A stretch of DNA of 64,000 nucleotides, from the NCBI GenBank assembly GCA_019057815.1, contig JAHLWR010000002.1:64001-128000 (forward strand), in the 5' to 3' direction. The position numbers and the translations under genes are program-made. The DNA comes from Candidatus Heimdallarchaeota archaeon. Lineage in GTDB: Archaea; Asgardarchaeota; Heimdallarchaeia; Heimdallarchaeales; Heimdallarchaeaceae. The notes beneath the pieces are model-generated. The model saw nothing but the letters and a program-made list of their open reading frames with translations, did not search any database and was not told the DNA's origin. Positions 48,025 through 58,694 of this stretch are shown one piece after another (position 1 is the stretch's first letter; each line of letters opens with the position of its first letter).

Positions 48025-49812
48025 TCATTTTACTTCTTTATCAGCTAATTCATTACTCATTATTTTTTCTTTGTTTCTTTTACTAAACAGGCGTTTGAAT
48101 GTTTTTATGGTTTCTTTATATATGTAAACTGTATCATCTTTAATCATTACATAATTTTTCTTCTTAAACAAACTTTTGTACATTGACTGAGGTATTAAAA
48201 GTGAAACTAGTATAAACAGTATAAGTAAGAACAAGGGATGCAGATGTCTTGATTTAATGATAATTATCCATGTATAGTAGTAAAATGCCCCACAGCATAG
48301 AACGAATGAGAAACCTAACGCTAAATCCTTAAGTCTTGGTTTAATGATAATTATCCATGTATAGTAGTAAAATGCCCCAAAACATAGAATGAAAAAGGAA
48401 CCTAACGCTGAAGCCTTTAATTTTTCAGTATTAACCAATGATTGAACAAAAGATTTTTCTTTTGTGGCAGCTACTTTTTCTTCTGAAACATCAATCTTCT
48501 CTGTTGTATTTTCTTTATTGTCTTCAGATTTTCCATCTCTGTGAATTATCTTATTCAGTAAATCAAATAGATAATCATCTAAAAGCATTACAGCACCCAG
48601 TAGTAAGAAAGGACTGAAAAATGCACCATAATATTTGTATACACCTCTGGCTATAAACACATGCGTAAGTAAAATCAACCAAGTTGTAAATACACCGAAG
48701 TATGTTTCATTTTCCCCGATTTTTTTTCCATTAAAGTATGCTATAAGAGCTGCTATTATATAAAACAAGAAAAATGGAATCTGGTATTTATTAAGTGTTA
48801 AATAGAAATTCGAGAGGAAACCTATATCCAGATATTTAAAACTGTGAGCTAGAGAAACAGTTACTCCATTATACATTGGCGAAATAACTGCAGTACTAAG
48901 AGCCTTTCCAGGACCTAAAACCCTTCTGACATAAGACATTGGAGTTAATACCAACCAAGGTAGAGAAAAAAGAAATGTTGCGATAAAAAATGGTACTAAA
49001 AACTCTACTAAAGCAGTTTTTAATGATTTCTTTTTCCATACAATAAGGAACCAGATCGGGACTATGAATAGTGTCATTTGTTTTGAGAGCCATGCAATTG
49101 TGAGGAATAACGCAGAAATCCTGTATTTTTCTTTCAAGAACAATATCAGTGCCAATAAAGTAAAAAATGTCATTTGTGGAATATTAAGAAATCTACTATC
49201 AACATAAATTAAATTCATCGGCATGAAAGTAAGACCAACAGCTGCAAGGATTCCAATAGCGTGCTTTTTGATATCGTTACGTTTTTGAAAAGATTTAAGT
49301 TGTGTAATGACAATATATAATAATGCTACAGTTAGTGCATCAAAAACAATATGAGACCATTTTACTGATTCTGCGACTAGTAAATCCCTTTCCATGCCTG
49401 GATTAAAAAGACCTACAAAGATTGAAATAAAATATATTGAATAAATGAAAATTGGTCCATATGCATAACCATTTAGAGGTCCCTCTCCGCCAGCATAAGG
49501 ATTCCAATTTTCAAAACGAAAAGCTTGAAGATAGGGTTCATAATAGTGGGAGGCATCATTATAGGATTCGATGTACCATACAACAGATTCGTCTCCTAAA
49601 GTTCCACTTGTATGTGTCCAATAAAAACTGCTGCCATTCTGCTCTAAATACCATGTTGAAAACAGATTTTTCATTACCATAGCAAAAGTAAAAAGCATTA
49701 ATGCTATTAAAGAAATTTTTAGCATCTCAATAGCTTGCTCTCTTGTAATATTGTTTTTTAGGCGCTTGATTGGATTTATGTCAATGTTGCGTAGTTTTGT
49801 CATTATTGTCAC
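48025..49812 (-). CDS. GT-C fold membrane glycosyltransferase (GT87/PIG-M-like)
   Basis: D..YY...NPY..YAYGP loop, LSKQ, LFSLPW, VYKYY; multi-TM. Confidence 0.65.
   Translation of the reverse strand: MTIMTKLRNIDINPIKRLKNNITREQAIEMLKISLIALMLFTFAMVMKNLFSTWYLEQNGSSFYWTHTSGTLGDESVVWYIESYNDASHYYEPYLQAFRFENWNPYAGGEGPLNGYAYGPIFIYSIYFISIFVGLFNPGMERDLLVAESVKWSHIVFDALTVALLYIVITQLKSFQKRNDIKKHAIGILAAVGLTFMPMNLIYVDSRFLNIPQMTFFTLLALILFLKEKYRISALFLTIAWLSKQMTLFIVPIWFLIVWKKKSLKTALVEFLVPFFIATFLFSLPWLVLTPMSYVRRVLGPGKALSTAVISPMYNGVTVSLAHSFKYLDIGFLSNFYLTLNKYQIPFFLFYIIAALIAYFNGKKIGENETYFGVFTTWLILLTHVFIARGVYKYYGAFFSPFLLLGAVMLLDDYLFDLLNKIIHRDGKSEDNKENTTEKIDVSEEKVAATKEKSFVQSLVNTEKLKASALGSFFILCFGAFYYYTWIIIIKPRLKDLALGFSFVLCCGAFYYYTWIIIIKSRHLHPLFLLILFILVSLLIPQSMYKSLFKKKNYVMIKDDTVYIYKETIKTFKRLFSKRNKEKIMSNELADKEVK
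48246..48419. repeat. In-frame 87-bp tandem duplication inside the GT-C gene
   Basis: Copies at 48246-48332 and 48333-48419 with a 40-nt identical core encoding GAFYYYTWIIIIK. Confidence 0.9.
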
Positions 49813-49994
49813 TTGATACTGAGGACTTGATATTGAGGTTTACAATCTTAAATATATATAATTTGGGGGAACAACTCAAAAAAAGTCTTTCAACAATATC
49901 TTTAGAATATTTTGTTTTCATTTTAAAATACTATTCATGTATAATTTCAGAAAATCTCTCGATTCTTCTTTCATGAGGATAGAGTAGTTAGTGT

Positions 49995-50072
49995 GTGACT
50001 CACCCTAGAAAAATAGTGGTCATCTTGCTGTTTATTCTCTGAAGCCCCCTTCTTTAGGTGGGGAGTAGTCAC
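49995..50072. mobile_element. Non-autonomous IS200/IS605-end-derived element (PATE/MITE-like)
   Basis: GAAGCCCCCTTCTTTAGGTGGGGAGTAGTCAC matches the hairpin + TCAC right end typical of the IS605/IS1341 group; terminal GTGACT...AGTCAC. Confidence 0.65.
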
Positions 50073-50473
50073 TTTGGTGAGGGTATTGTTTGAATTTGAT
50101 GGTAAGAATGTTCTGCTTTTTTTAATGAAGATTTCAATACATCGATTTCTTCTTTCGATAAACCTGCCTTCTTCAGTTCATCTATAAATGAATAGGACGA
50201 CACAGAAATGTGCTTCAAATTTCCACGATTAAGTATCTCACTAACTTTATTTCGCATGTTCCACAAATAGGGACGATTCTTAAAATGTATCATAGCTTTC
50301 CTTACTTCGCCTCTTACAATTTCTGCGTCCTCAGCACGAATTTGTTGTTCATTTGTTTCAAGGAAATGGGTGATTTCTTTCAATATTAAAGGATCTATTT
50401 CTTCAGTTGTCGGAAATACACAGTTTAAAGCAAATTCTAAGAGTTCCTTATCACCAATTGTAGATACCATCAC
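50069..50473 (-). CDS. Hypothetical protein (134 aa); stop codon lies inside the IS-like end
   Basis: ORF track; TGA at 50069-50071 overlaps the element's TCAC. Confidence 0.6.
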   Translation of the reverse strand: MMVSTIGDKELLEFALNCVFPTTEEIDPLILKEITHFLETNEQQIRAEDAEIVRGEVRKAMIHFKNRPYLWNMRNKVSEILNRGNLKHISVSSYSFIDELKKAGLSKEEIDVLKSSLKKAEHSYHQIQTIPSPK

Positions 50474-50559
50474 TATAAAAGCATAATTTAATTTAAAAAA
50501 GCCGGATGATATGAGGCTATGATGGAAGACTTAACCTAGGTATTACAAAGTATGATGTC

Positions 50560-53100
50560 TTACACATATGCTTGATATTCTTCATAATTTTCAATTATTT
50601 TTAGATCAGATTCTTTCAGTAATTTGAGTGATTCCATTGCCCCTATTTTGTTTAATGGCTGATTATTATTACCACATTGATAGCTGTAAGTGCATCTAGG
50701 GCATCCATCTGTTGTCTTACATGTGCAGTTTTCTAGAATAATTATACTTCTTTTGAATCCTTCTTCTAATCGGTCGTACAGAAGTTTGGATAATCCACTC
50801 CCACCTTTAGCTCCATCATAGACAAAAATTGCACCAGAATCACCCATTGAAATACCCCCTAGTTCTGCATTCCCACCTCCTGTTAACATAGAACTTGATT
50901 CAATAAGGACATGTTCTACAGCATGGAAAGTTCCATTAAATAGCGCTTCTTCTGATATTTCAGGGAATCTAGAAATAATTTGAGATGGATGTGGGGCTGT
51001 AAACATAAAGCCTTTTGTTGGAAAAGTATAAACAATTGGGGGGTCTATTTCAGTTATTCCTAGAAGTTCATTAGAATATATATCAGTGATTTTATACCCA
51101 GTTACATATTCAGTTATCTGTAAATCACAGTAAACTACTTCAGTTCCGAGAACATTCTTTTTTTCAATTATTTGCGTTATCTTAGGTAAAGCAAACCGCA
51201 TAGAAGTAGTTTTTTGGTTTTGCGGGTTCATTTCTTCGACAACTATATCCCCTAGACCTAATTCAGGTTTGTAATTAAAGGAACGTGACCTATAGTATTT
51301 ACCACCATGAAGATATATTGCACCAGCATGGAGTTCTCGAGCTGCCATTGGCATAGATCGTTCTCCCAAAATCCTTTGCTTTACATCTTTGATAATCAAA
51401 GTATCTCCTATTCCTCTAATAGAGTAGTTTTTCAGAAGCTGTTCAATATCTTTTCTTCGAATAGGTCTATACAAGTTCTTTGAGGTTAACCTTATCAATT
51501 GTTCTTTCACAAGTTGCTTAATTATTGATTCAATTTCTAGAAATTCTCCCTTTTCAATTGGTTTATCAAGAATTGCTGCTAGAGTTTGATAATAGGAAAC
51601 AATTTCATTCTTTGGTTCTATATAACCTTTCCTTACATCTTCAAAGTAAGTGAATGGATGAGTACTATAATAAGTGCTGATGGGATCATCGTTCCTTAGA
51701 ATAAGGACTCCTATGGATTCTTGTCCTTTTCTACCTGCCCTTCCTAGTCTTTGAGTAAAACTCGTAACGTCAACAATGGAAGAAATAACAGCAGAAACAT
51801 CACCAATATCAATTCCTAACTCAAGTGTTGGAGTGGAAACAAGAATATCTAATTGCCCTTTTCTGAAGCTGTTCTCTACTCTGTCTCTATACTCTTTAGT
51901 CAAACCAGCTCGATGAACTGCTGATTTGAGCTTTGCACGTTTTAACATCAAATTAACTATTTCTGCATTTTTGTGATTATTTTGGAAACAAAGAGTTTTG
52001 TATTTAGAGTACAAGAGCTGTTGCGCTATTGATGCAGTAATTGTGTATTGACTAACAGCAAAAGGCATTACCATCAATAGATGAATTGCAGCTTTTCTAG
52101 CTGTTTCTACAGTTATTGCTTTTACATCTCTCCCAAAAAGCTGTGATGCAAATTCTTGACCATTTCCTATTGTTGCGCTTGCTCCAATAAACTTGATTTT
52201 ATATTTTGATAATCTCTGTAATCTTTTAAGTATAAAATATAGATTTGATCCGAAAGCTCCCACAGCAATGTGAATTTCATCAATTATAACGAATTTAACA
52301 CCTTGTAATAACTCTCTGAACTGTGTTCTTCGCATATGATAATGGAGCATATCAGGATTTGTGATGATTATATCAGGAGGATATTGAAAGATTCTATTGC
52401 GTACGTCTTTGGGCGTGTCACCATCAAAAATCTCTGAATTTATACCTAAGGCACTTCCATACATCCTTATTTTTTTATGCTGATCCTTTGCTAGTGCTTT
52501 AGTGGGATAAATGATTATTGCACTAACTCCTCTTCGCAAAAGAGGGTGAGGATTAGACTCCCAGATTTTTGAAATTACTGGTAAAAGAAATGATTCAGTT
52601 TTTCCAGTTCCGGTTGGGGTTACAATTACAATGTCTTTTCCCTTTTGAATCATTTCAAAGGCTTCTACTTGAAATTCAAAAAGAGTCTTTATCCCGCTTT
52701 CCTGAAGCATATTATTGAGCTCTTTTGGATAAATCTTTTTTTTACTGCTTATTGGGGGAAATTGTTGCTTGAGAAAACTGTAGAACACAATCTCATTATC
52801 TGGATTATCTATTATCCGCTTTACCACATTTGGAAGGGTGTCTGGTTCAATTCCTGCGTTTTTTATGAGTTTCATTTTTTCTTCTTTTGTTTTTCTTTTT
52901 ATAATAGGTAAGGCAGCATCTTTTTGCTTATTTTCTGGTTTTGAAGATTTTTTATTTCTTTGTTTCAACAATCTTTCATAAGCTTCTTCTTTATCTAGAG
53001 TATAGTATTGCTTATTTAACCCACAAAAAGAGCAAAAGAGAATTATAGAATCAACTTTTTTCGAGACAAAGAGCTCTTTTTCACAATCTGGACACTGCAT
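50560..53100 (-). CDS. DEAH helicase with DUF1998 (Hrq1/YprA/MrfA/SftH family) and N-terminal zinc ribbon
   Basis: PTGTGKT, YPTKALAKDQ, TNPDMLH, DEIH, SAT, LELGIDIG, QRLGRAGR; C-terminal YDGAKGGSG and CxC..GCPRC..C. Confidence 0.93.
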   Translation of the reverse strand: MQCPDCEKELFVSKKVDSIILFCSFCGLNKQYYTLDKEEAYERLLKQRNKKSSKPENKQKDAALPIIKRKTKEEKMKLIKNAGIEPDTLPNVVKRIIDNPDNEIVFYSFLKQQFPPISSKKKIYPKELNNMLQESGIKTLFEFQVEAFEMIQKGKDIVIVTPTGTGKTESFLLPVISKIWESNPHPLLRRGVSAIIIYPTKALAKDQHKKIRMYGSALGINSEIFDGDTPKDVRNRIFQYPPDIIITNPDMLHYHMRRTQFRELLQGVKFVIIDEIHIAVGAFGSNLYFILKRLQRLSKYKIKFIGASATIGNGQEFASQLFGRDVKAITVETARKAAIHLLMVMPFAVSQYTITASIAQQLLYSKYKTLCFQNNHKNAEIVNLMLKRAKLKSAVHRAGLTKEYRDRVENSFRKGQLDILVSTPTLELGIDIGDVSAVISSIVDVTSFTQRLGRAGRKGQESIGVLILRNDDPISTYYSTHPFTYFEDVRKGYIEPKNEIVSYYQTLAAILDKPIEKGEFLEIESIIKQLVKEQLIRLTSKNLYRPIRRKDIEQLLKNYSIRGIGDTLIIKDVKQRILGERSMPMAARELHAGAIYLHGGKYYRSRSFNYKPELGLGDIVVEEMNPQNQKTTSMRFALPKITQIIEKKNVLGTEVVYCDLQITEYVTGYKITDIYSNELLGITEIDPPIVYTFPTKGFMFTAPHPSQIISRFPEISEEALFNGTFHAVEHVLIESSSMLTGGGNAELGGISMGDSGAIFVYDGAKGGSGLSKLLYDRLEEGFKRSIIILENCTCKTTDGCPRCTYSYQCGNNNQPLNKIGAMESLKLLKESDLKIIENYEEYQAYV

Positions 53101-53219
53101 TCAAAGACATAAACACATATTACTTAATAAAGCTGTATCCCTTACTGATAATCGTCTAGTAAAATACCAAAAAGATAGGTTTAAAATGGTTTTTTCTCCC
53201 ATATACTTGGAAGATAAGA

Positions 53220-53480
53220 ATGGCAGAAAATCTACGTGTATGCAAATGGAAGCAAAGTATTAGTGGTCGCAGTCCAGAGGGAACAGTTCAAAAAATCAAT
53301 TTTCCTTGCCGTTTCCCAGATTCAGATTTGACTTTCGAACTGTGCGTTCAATGTTTGCTAGGAGAACTATTCTCAGTGTTTTACACCCAAACGATGAACA
53401 TGCAAAAGAGCGGTAATATGCAAGAAGAAATTATGGCGTTCCTAAAAAATTTCACTTCTGAAGATTTTGATATGAGATGA
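53220..53480 (+). CDS. Small Cys-containing hypothetical protein
   Basis: 86-aa ORF divergent from the helicase; four Cys including CVQC. Confidence 0.6.
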   Translation: MAENLRVCKWKQSISGRSPEGTVQKINFPCRFPDSDLTFELCVQCLLGELFSVFYTQTMNMQKSGNMQEEIMAFLKNFTSEDFDMR

Positions 53481-53498
53481 ATAATGAAGCAAATAGAA

Positions 53499-56400
53499 CT
53501 ATTTGTAATAAGCTGATTTTCTCGAAAACAGAGCTATTACTAGAACAATTATTGTCAATGCTGCTGCACTGATAAGAGGGTACAAGTATGGCAAGGATGA
53601 AAATGTTATTTCAATATCTGTTGATATTAGTGGTATCTTGATCTTAATAACTGGTGAAAATGCTGACCATTCAAATGAGAATTGCTCTCCTTCTATCACT
53701 TCAGGTACATCCATTTTTATCTGGTGAACTTCTGAAACCATATTAGTAATCTCAAAGTTTGTATTAGCTGTTTGGAAAGTTGTTCCTTGGATTTCATAAA
53801 GAGACGAATATATTATAATTATCGGAGGAATAACAATTTCTCCCTCAATATTACTGAATACTTCTTGGATTCTAACCATTTCACCGGGATTTAAAGTCAC
53901 GTTAGCTAGATTTACTTTAGTGCATGAGAGGGTCGCTGAAGATGTTGTTGTAAGTAAGATTTCATTCTCTTCAGTGATATAGTGACTTGTTACTGATAAC
54001 GAATCAGCTAGTGAATTATCCAAAACCTGCGATATTGTAAGATTAGATGAAGAAAGACCAGTATTCGTTATTTCATAAATTACGGTTACTTGATTGTCTT
54101 CTGTAATTTGGTAATCAAAATCTAGAGATAACTCAGGTACAGGAAAACTTGGTCTTGTCTGATTTTGAAGTAAGAGTGGTGGAACAAGAATACCCGTAAC
54201 CATTGTAGAGCTTACAACATTCTTAGTTTCTCCACTAAATGTCCAAATTAATGGTTCGTTGGACCAAGGATTAGGAATCTCTAATGAATCTTCTGATTTA
54301 TCAGAAATAAAACTAATTAATGCCACATAAGTATTCAAACCTATATTGCTATTTGCATTTATTGAAAATTCTTTTACAAAACCTGTGTTACTATCTATAT
54401 GGCTAATACTAAAGGATTTTATTAGAACAATTTCTGTTGGCAACCACAGATAATTAAGTTTCAAGTTAACAATATCTACACGAACATCATATGCAGTTAG
54501 TGTTCCAACATTCTGGATATCAAGCAGAAAAGAAACCTTATCACCTACAACATAGATTGATTCATTTGAAAGTAACGTACTTCTAAGTACAGCCTCTTCA
54601 TCGCCTATTTGGAGATTGAGACCGTTTGTTAACCCATAATATTCTCTTCCAATTACATCTTGATATTTGAATCTGCTACCTAATGAAACAAATGTATCCG
54701 AAGCTGCATAATAATCACTAAGAAACCTTCCACTGATATTATTTTGCGCAAACATAGCTATCATGAGATTCTTATAATCGTATTCATAACTTTGGAATAA
54801 TATGTAGTCAAAAACTTCATCATATGATTGCACCTCAAAACGAAAAATACCAAACCTATCATTTGTTGTCGGAACATTCGCCAAATTCCATGAGATTTCT
54901 ACTGATTCATTTACATCAAGAACAGGTATATTACAGTAAAGATATGACCCAAAGATTGTTGAAACGTATGTAAAATCATTTTGATTTAATTGAAACAAAA
55001 TGATCTCATCATAGAGATTTTCGTACAGTGTATCATAGGCATTGTTAATTGCTGGTAAAAGAAGTTGATAAACTTCTTGAATCTTACCTGTTAGATTAGT
55101 ATAGAAATCCTCGATATCAAAATCTTTCATATATTCATCGAGTTTTTGTATAATAACATTGTATACATCCAAAGGAATACCATTTGAGCTCAATATTTCT
55201 AAATATTCATTTAACACGATAGTTGTGTTATCCATCCACCTTACAAGCATACCTTCAGTAATATTCTCATACCATCCTTGAATATCAAGTACTGGAATAG
55301 TAACATTTACATCTACAATATTATCGTAATAAACGCTAATTTGTATGAACGATGAAACAGTTTCATCGATTCTTATATCTTCTTTTAGAACAGGTGCATT
55401 AGCCCCATGTAACAATATTTCTTTAAAATCCTCTGGAATTGGAAAAACTATTGTTGTGTTTATTGCTGGAGACGAACCAACATTTCTAACACTATAAACC
55501 ATATCTAATACTCCATTTTGATTTAGATTATCATCAGAATAAGAAGAAGTTGTAACAACCCGTGGATATTCCATATCTAAGAATGTAGCAGGATAGTACT
55601 CAACTAGTGCATCAAAAGCTTGAAATCTTGGTATTAGAAGAAAACGTAGAGACCACTCAAAAACACCTGTAATCTCTGGAGCAAAATTATCTGGAGAGGG
55701 AGAGAGATGAGTGATATTTGCGGGAAAAGGCAGTTTGAAACTCACTTTCGATGAAATAGAACGAGGATTTGAAATGAGCTTTTCTCCTAAAACATTACTA
55801 ACATTCATGCTTCGCAATTGATTATTTTTACTTATACCTTTTTCAAGACCAAGCATAGCTTTACGGACTGTGAAGAACTGTCCATCATCAGATTTTTTAA
55901 GGGTATAACCAAATGCATATATTATCGGATTAGCTTTTATTCGCTCAAAAAAGATGTCTTCAAAATTACCATTACTACTATCATTATCTGGAGCAAAAAC
56001 GTCAACAAAAGCGACCAGAGCTTTAGAATAGGATAAAGCAGCCATTAAGGATAACTGAACTGAATATATACCGATTCTTTGGATATTATAGATTTCAAGC
56101 ATCACACCATAATGGTCATAAAAAACCTGTTGTACATGTTGGTACATATTTTGAATAATTTGTAGATTTGTTGTTTGAATTACTATTTTTACGCTCAAAC
56201 CATTTGGAAATTGCCAAAGAGGGTTTGTCCAGATTTTAGAAAAATTAGTTTGTTCAGTCACTATAAAATCAATTCGCGATACCCTTAATAGTGCAGGAGA
56301 TAGAAAATCAAAGTGAGTTTCATTTCTCATTCCATTTAATTCTAGATTCAAGAGAGCTGATTCTTCTTTTCCTGCAATTATTTCTATGCTCTCATAATAT

Positions 56401-56564
56401 AGATTGTTAAAAAAAGAAGAAGTGGAAGAAGTAATTGAGCCAGTTTCTACTTCTGATGCTTTAACAGAAGGAGTAAAAAACAAAACAGAGAGTAACACAG
56501 TGAGTACAAAAACGCATTTCACGATAGATGGGGTATTTATTTTCCAATATATTTCCGCACTCAT
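53499..56564 (-). CDS. Large secreted surface (S-layer-like) glycoprotein with CARDB/Ig-like modules and C-terminal TM
   Basis: Signal peptide; repeated V.NVG.S.A / ITNTG Ig-type motifs; many NxS/T sequons; C-terminal TM + RK. Confidence 0.75.
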   Translation of the reverse strand: MSAEIYWKINTPSIVKCVFVLTVLLSVLFFTPSVKASEVETGSITSSTSSFFNNLYYESIEIIAGKEESALLNLELNGMRNETHFDFLSPALLRVSRIDFIVTEQTNFSKIWTNPLWQFPNGLSVKIVIQTTNLQIIQNMYQHVQQVFYDHYGVMLEIYNIQRIGIYSVQLSLMAALSYSKALVAFVDVFAPDNDSSNGNFEDIFFERIKANPIIYAFGYTLKKSDDGQFFTVRKAMLGLEKGISKNNQLRSMNVSNVLGEKLISNPRSISSKVSFKLPFPANITHLSPSPDNFAPEITGVFEWSLRFLLIPRFQAFDALVEYYPATFLDMEYPRVVTTSSYSDDNLNQNGVLDMVYSVRNVGSSPAINTTIVFPIPEDFKEILLHGANAPVLKEDIRIDETVSSFIQISVYYDNIVDVNVTIPVLDIQGWYENITEGMLVRWMDNTTIVLNEYLEILSSNGIPLDVYNVIIQKLDEYMKDFDIEDFYTNLTGKIQEVYQLLLPAINNAYDTLYENLYDEIILFQLNQNDFTYVSTIFGSYLYCNIPVLDVNESVEISWNLANVPTTNDRFGIFRFEVQSYDEVFDYILFQSYEYDYKNLMIAMFAQNNISGRFLSDYYAASDTFVSLGSRFKYQDVIGREYYGLTNGLNLQIGDEEAVLRSTLLSNESIYVVGDKVSFLLDIQNVGTLTAYDVRVDIVNLKLNYLWLPTEIVLIKSFSISHIDSNTGFVKEFSINANSNIGLNTYVALISFISDKSEDSLEIPNPWSNEPLIWTFSGETKNVVSSTMVTGILVPPLLLQNQTRPSFPVPELSLDFDYQITEDNQVTVIYEITNTGLSSSNLTISQVLDNSLADSLSVTSHYITEENEILLTTTSSATLSCTKVNLANVTLNPGEMVRIQEVFSNIEGEIVIPPIIIIYSSLYEIQGTTFQTANTNFEITNMVSEVHQIKMDVPEVIEGEQFSFEWSAFSPVIKIKIPLISTDIEITFSSLPYLYPLISAAALTIIVLVIALFSRKSAYYK

Positions 56565-56664
56565 AGTGAAACCCTCTTATGTTTATTTAAGTTCAAAGTC
56601 AATTTTAAGGATTCTTTTCTAATTATATAGTGTTTACTTCGAGAAAATTCGAACTTCATCATAA

Positions 56665-57504
56665 TTACCACACCAAACCATTCATAATCAGAAACGCCAG
56701 CCCGTTTAGAGTGTAACTTGTCACTAAAGCGACAATTCCTGCCTTTTCAATCCTTAATTCTTTTATAACTATAATTGCCTCAATAAGTAAACCCAAAGTA
56801 ATAATTTGTGTAAAAATTAAAATTACAAACAACCATATTTCAAGATCTAACGGAGATACTGGATAATCAAAATCTACTACTAAAGATTCTAGAAGACTAA
56901 AAAGTACTAGTGGTATCTGTACTATTACAATACTTTGAAAAAGAGCCAATTTTTCTTTCTTTCTTTTGAAAAGAAATGAAGAAAATAATTCACATAGAAT
57001 ATATGTTACAAGAGTAGAAACAATAAAGAAAATGGGTGCGAAATATGCAGGAGATATTAAAGAAGGAAATAAGAATACAGGACTTGTTGACATGAAAAAA
57101 GTGGACACAGTTAATCCTACAAATAGAAGGAGTGTAAACCCTAGAGAACGAACAGAATCTGCATATATTAACTGAAAAACAGATCGAAGAAATAATGTAT
57201 GAAGAAAGGATAATTTTCCATATGCTTGGATTTCAGGAGCAGAGACATCTAGCTCATCTTCAATTAATACATAAGCTCTTCTTCCCTTTTCAGACAACAA
57301 GTATTTTTTAGTAGCATTTTGAGTTATTAATTCTCCAAGAGTATCTAAATGATGGTATAATGTACCAACTTTTGTACCAAAACGTGATTGAATGTCGGTA
57401 AACGAAACAACCCTCTTTTCTCCAATAAACACAAGTAAGTCCCTTCTTATTTGATTGGAGAGAGCTTTCCAAATATTCGAAGAAAGCTGTTTCTTGGAAT
57501 TCAT
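56665..57504 (-). CDS. ArsR-type wHTH fused to a multi-TM membrane domain
   Basis: KALSNQIRRDLL..SFTDI..GTLYHHL..YLLSEKG followed by about 5 TM. Confidence 0.8.
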   Translation of the reverse strand: MNSKKQLSSNIWKALSNQIRRDLLVFIGEKRVVSFTDIQSRFGTKVGTLYHHLDTLGELITQNATKKYLLSEKGRRAYVLIEDELDVSAPEIQAYGKLSFLHTLFLRSVFQLIYADSVRSLGFTLLLFVGLTVSTFFMSTSPVFLFPSLISPAYFAPIFFIVSTLVTYILCELFSSFLFKRKKEKLALFQSIVIVQIPLVLFSLLESLVVDFDYPVSPLDLEIWLFVILIFTQIITLGLLIEAIIVIKELRIEKAGIVALVTSYTLNGLAFLIMNGLVW

Positions 57505-57551
57505 TTATAATACTGATTAATACGATGTTAAATTTAAAACTTAGCTTTAAA

Positions 57552-58694
57552 TCAGTAATGGTTTATAAGATTGTATAGTGTATCACGTTCGACAGGAATA
57601 CGATTTGCATCTTTTATTATTGCTACAAAATCTTCCACTGTCATCAATTCACCATACGTTCCACCAGCTTTTTTTGTTATATTCTCAGTAAATAAAGTAC
57701 CCCCAAGATCATTTACTCCTGCATCTAGAGAAATTTGGGCTAGTTTTGGTCCAAGTTTTACCCAAGATGTTTGTATATTATTGATAGATTCACCTAAATA
57801 GAGTCTAGCTGCACTATAAAGAGCTAAATCGTGCATTCCTGAACTACTAGGTCGTGCACCTAGAAAGCGGTATAGAATAGTGTTTTGATGCATAAATGAT
57901 AATGGAACAAATTCAGTAAAACCCTTAGATAGTTCTTGTATCGTTTTGAGTAATACTAAATGCTCTGCTTCATCTATTAGTGATTCAACATGACCATACA
58001 TCATTGTTGCTGACGATTTTATTCCTACACGATGCCCCGTAAGAACAATGTTTACCCATTGTTCAGTAGATATTTTATCAGGGCAAATTACTTTTCTTAC
58101 TTCATCTACTAGTATTTCAGCAGCTGTTCCAGGAAAGGAACCTAGACCACTTTTTTTAAGTTCTTTGAAGATATCTTCTATATTCTCCCCCGAAAGTTGT
58201 GACATATAAGCTATTTCTGCAGGAGAAAAAGCGTGAATGTGTATGTTGGGCGCAGTTCGCTTTATTGTTTTCAACAAATCCTTATAATAAGCATAATTTA
58301 TCTGGGGGTCAAGCCCTCCTTGGATACAAACTTCTGTACATCCTCTAGCTAATGCTTTCTGCGTTTCTATTTCAATATCTTCAAGTGACATCCTTTTTGA
58401 AAGAGATCGATCGTTTCTAGAACCAGATTTGAAAGAACAAAACCTACATGTCCCTATACAATTATCTGTGAAATTAATATTTTGATTTATTACAAAAGTA
58501 ACATTTTTCCCTACTTGTTCTATTCTTGCTTCATCAGCTAATTCCATTTGAACTCTCAAATCTTTCCCCCTTTTCTTTAACATTGAAGTAAGTTGCATAA
58601 TTTCTTCTATGTTAGATTCTCTGAAACTTGAGATACTGATATGTTCATCAAGTTTAGGGGGAGAGAGGTTTTTCATGTCAATCTTTGTCTCCAA
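57552..58694 (-). CDS. cofH: FO synthase subunit 2 (radical SAM)
   Basis: NINFTDNCIGTCRFCSF, CIQGG, HAFSPAEI, PGTAAEIL, TMMYGH, IQTSWVKLG, NDLGGTL..E.I...AG. Confidence 0.92.
   Translation of the reverse strand: METKIDMKNLSPPKLDEHISISSFRESNIEEIMQLTSMLKKRGKDLRVQMELADEARIEQVGKNVTFVINQNINFTDNCIGTCRFCSFKSGSRNDRSLSKRMSLEDIEIETQKALARGCTEVCIQGGLDPQINYAYYKDLLKTIKRTAPNIHIHAFSPAEIAYMSQLSGENIEDIFKELKKSGLGSFPGTAAEILVDEVRKVICPDKISTEQWVNIVLTGHRVGIKSSATMMYGHVESLIDEAEHLVLLKTIQELSKGFTEFVPLSFMHQNTILYRFLGARPSSSGMHDLALYSAARLYLGESINNIQTSWVKLGPKLAQISLDAGVNDLGGTLFTENITKKAGGTYGELMTVEDFVAIIKDANRIPVERDTLYNLINHY

Noticed and set aside
49770-49976. 68-aa plus-strand ORF beside the IS-like element
   Set aside because: Overlaps the GT-C start and promoter, is AT-rich, and has no transposase motifs
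50560-53100. DUF1998 helicase as part of a DISARM/Druantia-type defence system
   Set aside because: No methyltransferase, nuclease or other defence genes nearby; it fits a housekeeping Hrq1/MrfA-type repair helicase
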